From Rhizobiaceae bacterium (GTDB taxonomy: Bacteria; Pseudomonadota; Alphaproteobacteria; Rhizobiales; Rhizobiaceae): DNA of 64,000 bases. The stretch is taken from assembly GCA_040830725.1 (NCBI GenBank), contig JBFOMG010000004.1:7567-71566 (forward strand). Reading direction: 5' to 3'. The translations under genes were made by a program, and so were the position numbers. Under the pieces are notes generated by a model, which worked only from the letters and a program-made list of their open reading frames with translations, was not told the origin of the DNA and searched no databases. Shown piece after piece: positions 9,504 through 16,770 of this stretch (positions within the stretch are counted from its first letter, which is position 1; each line of letters opens with the position of its first letter).

Positions 9504-10154
9504 CTATCCCTTTGCCTCGTGACCTTGCAACTGTTGGTTCTCGCCCGAAAAATGAAACCGCATCCGGCGTATGGGCACTGCTCTGGCTTCCGACACCATG
9601 TTCACTTCAAGCGGCTGTCCTGCCTGTTCGGGAGGCTCACCTTCCGGATCATCTATTGAATCAGCTTCGGCTGACGCCGGAGTGATTTCCACGTCTTCTG
9701 CAAGGTACTCAGAGTCGCCTTCAGTTTCGGTCGAAATCTCAGCTTCATCATCCACATCTGCAAGCGCCTCGATATGTTTGAGCATGCCCTTTCCCACCTG
9801 ATAGGCAGTCTGCAAGTTTTCAACGACCGTTGCACCGTCGGTGTAATCCTCGCCATACTCAATCAGGCCATCAAGATTTGCGAGAGCCGGATTGCTGAGC
9901 CATAGCTTTCTGAGCGCTCGACGCCTGATGCGCTCCGGCACCGCCTTGCCCATGAATGCCTTGAAATCATCGCCTAATTGTAGCTCGTCTGGATCGGGGA
10001 GATTGAGCTCTTCAAGAATTTCACCGTCTGTTTTGGTTTCCAGCTCCTGCAATTCCGCTTCGCGTTGCGTGTCCTCCGCGACGGCGAGCTCGGCCTCTGC
10101 CTCAGCGCGGACACCGGCCTTTCGTTTGCTCCAGAAGTCAGTTGCGGAGGTCAA
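9504..10154 (-). CDS. DUF3306-like acidic low-complexity protein
   Basis: 216 aa, very Glu/Asp-rich. TTGA overlap with the upstream gene. The family call is from memory of FDH-neighbourhood families. Confidence 0.6.
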   Translation of the reverse strand: MTSATDFWSKRKAGVRAEAEAELAVAEDTQREAELQELETKTDGEILEELNLPDPDELQLGDDFKAFMGKAVPERIRRRALRKLWLSNPALANLDGLIEYGEDYTDGATVVENLQTAYQVGKGMLKHIEALADVDDEAEISTETEGDSEYLAEDVEITPASAEADSIDDPEGEPPEQAGQPLEVNMVSEARAVPIRRMRFHFSGENQQLQGHEAKG

Positions 10155-10705
10155 TGCAGTCGCTCCAGCTTGGCAGATTTCGGTGACCGATAGACGTCGG
10201 TCAGTTGCGGAATCCGGGGGTCGCCGACACCATCCTCGACAAGTTCGACGGTAACCCGGTCGCGGCGGCGTTTTACGAACTCTTCCGGCTCATGGTGCTC
10301 GTCAATGAAAGCCTTGATCCAGGCAATCAGGCCTGAAGGCATCGCGACCTTTTCGACGATATCCTCGCCGCTGTCTGCGTAGTCCTGGGCCTCGTATGGA
10401 GAAGCGGTTGCTAGCAGTACCTCCACAGGGATGTCGTCGCCGTTTGCCGGTTCCTGGCGCAGGATTACGAAGATTGAGGGGATTTTTTCGCTCAAGCCCG
10501 TCAGATAGGCTTCCGTGTCAGTCCGGTGCAATTCCAGAGTGACGGTTGCCGCGTGATATTCAACGGCGTCACCTTCTTTTCGCAGCACCTGCCAATTCGC
10601 AGGACCAGCACCGGGGAGGACTGATACAGCCTTCCAAGACCATTTGGCCCAACGCGTAACGCCCGGCAGCCGGCGCACGACAATACCGAGCGGCAAAGTC
10701 CGCAT
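10151..10705 (-). CDS. DUF3305-like protein
   Basis: Track ORF 10151..10777. I prefer the ATG at 10705 (MRTLPLGIVVRRLPGVTRWAKWSW), which matches the usual family N-terminus. The start is uncertain. Confidence 0.6.
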   Translation of the reverse strand: MRTLPLGIVVRRLPGVTRWAKWSWKAVSVLPGAGPANWQVLRKEGDAVEYHAATVTLELHRTDTEAYLTGLSEKIPSIFVILRQEPANGDDIPVEVLLATASPYEAQDYADSGEDIVEKVAMPSGLIAWIKAFIDEHHEPEEFVKRRRDRVTVELVEDGVGDPRIPQLTDVYRSPKSAKLERLH

Positions 10706-11079
10706 TCTTTCAATTTTACCGGACAATGCTCCTCCCAAAGCCTGCGCGGATATTTGTGCACGAACAGAATGCAACATATTGCATTATTTGCAAGCTCCGG
10801 GAGCTGGAATGCTGCAATTGTGAAGACTGTATTCGACTAAAGTGTAAGATGCTTTTCCGGAGCATCCTGAAAACGCACATTTGCTGATGGTTGCGCGCCA
10901 AAAACCCTCCGAATCGTCGTGACTCCAACGAGCTTTTGTCGCTCGGTTGAGAGCGGACAGTCGTGTGGCAGGAAATTAGGTTTCAAACGGCGGCTTTACT
11001 GCCGCGAAGTTTCGTGACTAGTTTCACTGTTCGCACACGGGCAGGCAAGTGCCAAAAGTGAAGTAAGAATTTGAAAAAG

Positions 11080-13056
11080 ATGCCTAAACAATTGGTATTG
11101 TGTGACTGTATGGGTTCGCAAGACATTGACGTAGATGCCTTGTCGAGCGCTTGCGGTGGCATGAAGTGTTCCAACGTTCACACCGAGTTGTGTCTGAGCG
11201 AGATCGAAATTGCTGCCGAAGCGATCCGGTCCGGTGACGCGATTATTGCATGTCAACAGGAGCGGCGGCGGTTCGAGGACCTTGCCGCGGAATTGGAAAT
11301 CGACCCGCCCGGATTTGTAGACATTCGCGACCGGGCCGGCTGGTCTGCCGACAAAAATCCAAAAACCGCCAAAATGGCAGCACTTGTCGCCGAGGCTCAA
11401 TTACCGGCGCAACGGCAAAAGTTGTTCGACATCGTTTCGGAAGGTCTTTGCCTTGTCATGGGCGCCAGTGAGACTGCTTTGGAAGCCGCTGATCAATTGA
11501 GCAACCACCTGAGCGTCACGGTCCTTCTTCCACCGGAATTCGCCAAGGATAGCCAGATTGGCGCCGGCGCCAGGCAATTTGACATTGTGTTTGGCGATCT
11601 GCGGATCGCATCAGGCTCGCTTGGCAATTTTGACCTTACAATCGACAAATTCACTGAGCCAGTACCAGGTGGGCGGGATTCATCCACCTGCACAGAAGCT
11701 CGCGACGGAGCGCAGTCACAATGCGATATCATTGTCGATCTGTCGGGTGCAGCACCTCTGTTTCCAGCCCACAAGAAACGTGACGGATATCTGCGCGCTG
11801 ATCCCCGGTCAGCCGGTGCGGTCGCCAAAACAGTGCTGGATGCATCGCACCTTACCGGCACGTTCGAAAAACCGCTCCATGTAAGGCTGGACGAGCAATT
11901 ATGCGCCCATTCACGGGCGCAAAAAACGGGGTGTTCAAAGTGCCTGGACAATTGTCCGACCGGGGCGATTACGCCGAACGGAGACTTCGTCACCGTTGAT
12001 CCAGCGATCTGTGCAGGCTGCGGCACTTGTTCCGCAATCTGTCCTTCCGGCGCAATCTCATATGATACACCAGCGCCAGCCGAAACGTTCAAGCGTATCG
12101 AAACACTGGCTTCCACCTATCGTAAAATTGCCAAATCGCCACCGAGGTTGCTGGTTCACGATGAAGACCATGGCCGCGAAATGATCTCGCTTTGCGCGCG
12201 CCACGATCGCGGCCTGCCTTCAGATGTAATCCCAATGGAAGTCTCGGCGCTCGCAGCGTTTGGACACGCCGAAATGTTGGCAGCCCTGGGTAGCGGATTT
12301 GCATCGGTAACTGTGTTGCTGTCTCCGAATACCGATAATGATGCAGTCGAGCGTGAGCTTATGATCGTATCGGCCATTGGCGGGACGGGAGCCATCAATC
12401 TTCTGGACATCGCCGATCCGGCCCACCTTGCGGATCACCTCTACAACCAGGCCGAACTCAATGATCCAGTGGTCAAGCCGGTTCTCCCACTGGGTTCCCG
12501 GCGCCAGGTAACCCGCCTAGCTGCAAAGGCCATCAGGCCCGATGTAAACACAATCGAATTACCCCAGGGCGCGCCCTATGGCACGATAATGGTCGATACT
12601 GAAGCATGCACACTTTGTCTTGCCTGTGTGTCGCTCTGCCCGTCCGGTGCCCTGGGAGACAATACGGAATCTCCGCAACTTCGTCTTCAGGAAAGCGCGT
12701 GCCTGCAATGTGGCCTGTGCAAAAACACCTGCCCGGAATCCGCTATTTCCCTGAAACCACAACTCAATCTTGCTGACGAGGCGCTGTCGCACCAAGTGCT
12801 GCACGAAGAAGAACCTTTTGCCTGCATCGAATGCGGAAAACCATTTGGCGTGAAATCCACGGTCATGCGGATCACCGAAAAACTGGCTGGCAAACATGCC
12901 ATGTTCGAGAACTCAGACGCCGTGAAAATCATCCAGATGTGCGATGATTGCCGTGTGAATGCGCAGTTTCACTCCGAGAACAATCCATTTGCCGGCGGAG
13001 AGCGCCCACGTGTACGCACAACAGACGACTACCTGTCGAAAAGACGGGATCATTGA
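11080..13056 (+). CDS. large polyferredoxin (four 4Fe-4S-type motifs plus N- and C-terminal Cys clusters)
   Basis: About 658 aa. CSKCLDNCP, CAGCGTCSAICP, CTLCLACVSLCP, CLQCGLCKNTCP and C-terminal CIECG...CDDC. TTG at 11071 is an alternative start. Confidence 0.8.
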   Translation: MPKQLVLCDCMGSQDIDVDALSSACGGMKCSNVHTELCLSEIEIAAEAIRSGDAIIACQQERRRFEDLAAELEIDPPGFVDIRDRAGWSADKNPKTAKMAALVAEAQLPAQRQKLFDIVSEGLCLVMGASETALEAADQLSNHLSVTVLLPPEFAKDSQIGAGARQFDIVFGDLRIASGSLGNFDLTIDKFTEPVPGGRDSSTCTEARDGAQSQCDIIVDLSGAAPLFPAHKKRDGYLRADPRSAGAVAKTVLDASHLTGTFEKPLHVRLDEQLCAHSRAQKTGCSKCLDNCPTGAITPNGDFVTVDPAICAGCGTCSAICPSGAISYDTPAPAETFKRIETLASTYRKIAKSPPRLLVHDEDHGREMISLCARHDRGLPSDVIPMEVSALAAFGHAEMLAALGSGFASVTVLLSPNTDNDAVERELMIVSAIGGTGAINLLDIADPAHLADHLYNQAELNDPVVKPVLPLGSRRQVTRLAAKAIRPDVNTIELPQGAPYGTIMVDTEACTLCLACVSLCPSGALGDNTESPQLRLQESACLQCGLCKNTCPESAISLKPQLNLADEALSHQVLHEEEPFACIECGKPFGVKSTVMRITEKLAGKHAMFENSDAVKIIQMCDDCRVNAQFHSENNPFAGGERPRVRTTDDYLSKRRDH

Positions 13057-13802
13057 TGTTTGATCGGCGCACCAAGATTAGCGGGGGAAATCGTCGCAGC
13101 GTAGGCCATGATCGCCTCGAGATCTTCAAGCGTCATTTCCAACGGCGCGATCGGCGAAGGCCGCTGGGAGCTAAACGGCTCTGTGACTTCCTCGATCTGC
13201 GTGAATGCGGGGTGCGGGTTGAGCACGTAGAATGTCTGAAAACGCGCTTCCCAATCTTCAAAACTGCGCAAGAGCGAGAAGGATGGTGTGGATCCGATGG
13301 CGTTCATCCGGTTCGTTTCGTTAACGACGTGGCAGCGCCCACAATGGCGGAGGGACAACTTCTCTCCTGCAGCGGCGTCACCACCGTTCGAGACCACTTT
13401 TACCACGGCCACTTTCTTTGCCTGTGGCGAAAATGGCGCAACTCCATCCGGTTTGAACGAACCGATCGTCCGGCGTCCGACATCGGAAGCCAGCCATTTG
13501 GCAAACCGTTCGGCATGCGGCCGCCGGTCCGAGGCGGTAATTCCGAGATACCAGTTTTGCTCCACACCGCTGAATGCAATCGTTCCGGAGCTATCCGCAG
13601 AAAAACTCGCGTCCGCGGGTTCGCCAAAATTGACGACCGTGATGCGTATTCCGGTTTTCAGCGAAAAGCGCGGCAGCAAGTATTTGAGAAATCCCGTCTC
13701 GACAATATCGGGGTGTGCGCTGAGCTTGAATTCCCGCTCCTGCGCAACTGCAATGCCTGCGAAAACACCTGCAGATATTACCAATATGGCCAATCTGTGC
13801 AT
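13050..13802 (-). CDS. secreted protein: TupA/ModA-like N-terminal segment fused to a single-heme CxxCH domain
   Basis: 250 aa. Signal peptide MHRLAILVISAGVFAGIAVA. ETGFLKYLLPRFSLKTGIRITVV resembles tungstate/molybdate-binding proteins. CGRCH heme c motif. Its 3' end overlaps the polyferredoxin 3' end by 7 nt (convergent). Confidence 0.55.
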   Translation of the reverse strand: MHRLAILVISAGVFAGIAVAQEREFKLSAHPDIVETGFLKYLLPRFSLKTGIRITVVNFGEPADASFSADSSGTIAFSGVEQNWYLGITASDRRPHAERFAKWLASDVGRRTIGSFKPDGVAPFSPQAKKVAVVKVVSNGGDAAAGEKLSLRHCGRCHVVNETNRMNAIGSTPSFSLLRSFEDWEARFQTFYVLNPHPAFTQIEEVTEPFSSQRPSPIAPLEMTLEDLEAIMAYAATISPANLGAPIKHQ

Positions 13803-13903
13803 CGATTAATCCCGGTTTGCATCCCATCCCGGACCAATGAAGCGTAAATTGCACAGGACGATAAGGTCAATGCTCGTGATTCTATTGAAGGAGGGAGAGA
13901 ACC

Positions 13904-14098
13904 TTGAGTGACGAATTCAACATGTCGATGCGAAAATTTTTAAAACAGGTCGGCGTAACATCACAGCAAGCTATCGAGAACGCGATGCGAAGCGCCGAGG
14001 CTACCGGTGGGAAAAGCTATAAGGTGAAGGTGGTTTTGACGATCGAAGAAGTTGGCCTGGAACACGTTGTCGATGGATCAATCGAGGGTCCTGAGTGA
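13904..14098 (+). CDS. small conserved protein (DUF6494-like)
   Basis: 64 aa. FNMSMRKFLKQVGVTSQQAIENAMR. Strong GAAGGAGGGAGAG RBS. TTG start (ATG at 13922 is the alternative). Confidence 0.55.
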   Translation: MSDEFNMSMRKFLKQVGVTSQQAIENAMRSAEATGGKSYKVKVVLTIEEVGLEHVVDGSIEGPE

Positions 14099-14099
14099 C

Positions 14100-15191
14100 G
14101 TGAGCCTCAGCCGCGAAATAATCCATTCTGCGCTCAAGCCAGTCATCGACCCGGCTTCAAGGAGCGATATCGTTGCAGCAAACATCATCGACGACCTGGT
14201 GATCGATGATGACGGTGTCCGGCTGGTGCTCACCGTTGACCCATCATTCGCCGCTGAAATGGAAGCTGTTCGAGCAGCAGCAGAAAAGCGCATTAGCGCG
14301 GTGGCCGGCCGACGAAAAGTGACGGTCATTCTGACTGCGCATAGCGATGCACCGTCCGCCACAACCGGTCCGGATGATGATGAGCGCTCGCATGAATCCC
14401 CCCGCGAGAATGGAGCGGCCGGACCAGAAACAATACCGGGCATCGATCGCATCATTGCGGTTGCGTCGGGCAAGGGCGGGGTTGGCAAATCGACCGTTGC
14501 AGCGAATTTGGCATGCGCATTGGCACTTGGTGGTCACCGCGTCGGTCTGCTGGATGCAGATGTTTACGGCCCGTCACAACCCCGGATGCTTGGTATATCG
14601 GGCCGGCCGGCATCGCCGGACGGGCAGATGATCCTTCCGTTGCGCGGCCACGGGGTTACCTTGATGTCGATCGGCTTGCTTGCAGAGGAAGGCGAAGCAG
14701 TGGCTTGGCGGGGCCCGATGCTGATGGGAGCGCTGCAACAGATGCTGTCAAAAGTGCAGTGGGGGGCGCTTGACGCGTTGCTGGTGGATCTGCCGCCCGG
14801 GACTGGCGACGTTCAGATGACACTTGCACAGACGGTTCGGGTTGACGGCGCAATCGTCGTTTCGACCCCGCAGGACATTGCCTTGCTCGACGCCCGAAAG
14901 GGGATCGACATGTTCCGGCAAATGAATGTTCCGATATTTGGCCTGATTGAGAACATGTCGTCCCACATATGTTCGAAATGCGGTCACGAAGAGCACATTT
15001 TCGGGCATGGCGGCGTCAAGGCCGAAGCGGAAAAACTGGATGTACCGCTGTTGGGAACAATTCCCTTGCTGATGGACATTCGCACCGCATCAGACGACGG
15101 AACACCGATCGTAATTTCAATGCCTGAAAGCGCGGCCGCCGCTGCTTTCTCAGACATTGCCAGCAAGATCATTAAGGGCGAAGTCAAGTGA
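14100..15191 (+). CDS. apbC: Mrp/NBP35/ApbC-family iron-sulfur cluster carrier ATPase
   Basis: Deviant Walker A motif ASGKGGVGKST. CSKCGHEEHIFG motif. GTG at 14100 lies 1 nt after the upstream stop. The track ORF starts at 14052 and ATG 14073 is also possible. Confidence 0.9.
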   Translation: MSLSREIIHSALKPVIDPASRSDIVAANIIDDLVIDDDGVRLVLTVDPSFAAEMEAVRAAAEKRISAVAGRRKVTVILTAHSDAPSATTGPDDDERSHESPRENGAAGPETIPGIDRIIAVASGKGGVGKSTVAANLACALALGGHRVGLLDADVYGPSQPRMLGISGRPASPDGQMILPLRGHGVTLMSIGLLAEEGEAVAWRGPMLMGALQQMLSKVQWGALDALLVDLPPGTGDVQMTLAQTVRVDGAIVVSTPQDIALLDARKGIDMFRQMNVPIFGLIENMSSHICSKCGHEEHIFGHGGVKAEAEKLDVPLLGTIPLLMDIRTASDDGTPIVISMPESAAAAAFSDIASKIIKGEVK

Positions 15192-15895
15192 GCAGCCTTG
15201 TTTTCCCGCCTCTGATGAGCGGACAGGAGGTCGAGGCAAATGTCGACCCGTTCGAAAATGCCTGTGGCAGGGCTGCGCTCGGCTGCGATTCCGGTCTCGT
15301 CGTCTATCGCTTTGATCCGGATTGGTTGCGCGCAGCAATCGTCTTCGCGCCCGAAGTCCCGCTTGAGGACGCTGTTGTGATGATGCCCGCCTGCGGTGTC
15401 GGATTTCAAAATGCGCTTGGAGCGCTGGCGCCGCCGGAGGTCGCTGTTCATCTGGAGTGGAGCGGCGGCATCCGCGTCAATGGCGCAGCTTGCGGCCGAT
15501 TGAGGATGGCGGCATCGAGCAAAGTTCCCAGCGTTGAACCGGATTGGCTGATTGTGGGGATCGAGATACCGCTACTGCCTGCCGGCGATTCCCCCGGGAA
15601 CGACCCCGCACGAACCACGCTCTTCGAGGAAGGCTGTGCGGAAGTCGAGCCGCCCCGGTTGCTGGAAAGCTGGACAAAACACACGCTGGTCTGGATCAAC
15701 CGGTGGGTAGGCGAAGGCGTCGAGCCGCTGCACGAGGCATGGCGTGGATTGGCGCATAATATGGGTGAAGAAACCGCAGAACTCGGCCACAGTGGCGTTT
15801 TCCTGGGCGTCGATGAACGGTTTGGAATGTTGTTGAGAAAAGGCGATGACACAGACCTCCTGCCGCTGACATTACTGCTGGAGGGCGAAGAATGA
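15188..15895 (+). CDS. biotin/lipoate protein ligase (BPL/LplA)-like protein lacking the GRGRxGR-type loop
   Basis: 235 aa. LRAAIVFAPEVPLEDAVVMMPACGVGFQNALGALAPPEVAVHLEWSGGIRVNGAACGRL follows the BirA-core pattern (..KWPNDi..ng.K.aGiL). GTGA overlap with the Mrp gene. Confidence 0.55.
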   Translation: MSSLVFPPLMSGQEVEANVDPFENACGRAALGCDSGLVVYRFDPDWLRAAIVFAPEVPLEDAVVMMPACGVGFQNALGALAPPEVAVHLEWSGGIRVNGAACGRLRMAASSKVPSVEPDWLIVGIEIPLLPAGDSPGNDPARTTLFEEGCAEVEPPRLLESWTKHTLVWINRWVGEGVEPLHEAWRGLAHNMGEETAELGHSGVFLGVDERFGMLLRKGDDTDLLPLTLLLEGEE

Positions 15896-16368
15896 ATCTC
15901 GCGCGGGCAATTCATGTCGATGAAAGCGACATGCACGTGTTTGCCCAACCGGCCCGCACCGGCGAATGGTGCATTTCAGGCGGCTTTGAATTCTCGAACT
16001 GGACCGAAGCGGATCTGACCGGCAAGGCGCGGCAGGCATTTGCGAATGGCTGGCTCGGTGTTGAGACGTTCGGGCGTGTGACCTTCGTTGCCGTGACCAA
16101 AATCGAACAGCACGAATTGGAAGGCCTGACCGAACAATTGGCCAAGCATTTCGTCGAAACCTATGGCGCTCCATCAATGGACGCCGCGATGCCGGTCGCA
16201 ATGCAAGAACTGGAGCATATGGCGGAGCTGTGTCGCGAACACCCTGCAAACACAATGATCACCGTCCATCGAGAGCTGGGCGAGGACGGCGTGAGAGAGA
16301 GTTTCCGCACGATCGCTCCGCAATCGGCAGGACTGGAGCAATTCGCAGTGCATGGATCTGGTGCATAG
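15892..16368 (+). CDS. conserved hypothetical protein (possibly DUF6505-like)
   Basis: 158 aa. ATGA overlap with the BPL-like gene. I recognise no motif. Confidence 0.55.
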   Translation: MNLARAIHVDESDMHVFAQPARTGEWCISGGFEFSNWTEADLTGKARQAFANGWLGVETFGRVTFVAVTKIEQHELEGLTEQLAKHFVETYGAPSMDAAMPVAMQELEHMAELCREHPANTMITVHRELGEDGVRESFRTIAPQSAGLEQFAVHGSGA

Positions 16369-16499
16369 CGAATGCGCCACGACTGTGTACTTGCCCTTAA
16401 TGTTTGGGTGCAGAACCTGAACAATCAATGAATATGCGCCTCAGTCGGAGTTCAGCCGCAGAACGCATACTTGGCTGGAATTCAAGGGAGGACGAGTTC

Positions 16500-16733
16500 A
16501 TGTTCAGCCGATCCACAATCACATTTTCCGCCGTAACCATTATTGCTGCGTCTCTCTTTGCTGGGCAGCCAGTGCCAGCACATGCGGCAGCCTTAGACAA
16601 CAGCGCCAGCGAAGCCCAATTCGGCGATCAAGAGTATTTTCCTCTTCGCAGGTGCTATTTGCATCTAATCAGATACAGAAATACCGGACTCAGGTACCAT
16701 CTGAGAAAATATTACAGATGCATGAGGCGTTAG
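16500..16733 (+). CDS. 77-aa secreted precursor of a cationic two-cysteine peptide
   Basis: AAGGGAGGA RBS ends 7 nt upstream of the ATG. Signal peptide MFSRSTITFSAVTIIAASLFAGQPVPAHA. Mature tail RRCYLHLIRYRNTGLRYHLRKYYRCMRR. The 3' half is visibly AT-richer than its surroundings. Confidence 0.45.
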   Translation: MFSRSTITFSAVTIIAASLFAGQPVPAHAAALDNSASEAQFGDQEYFPLRRCYLHLIRYRNTGLRYHLRKYYRCMRR

Positions 16734-16770
16734 ACCCTGTAATTAGGGCAGCATGCGGTGGTGACACGGT

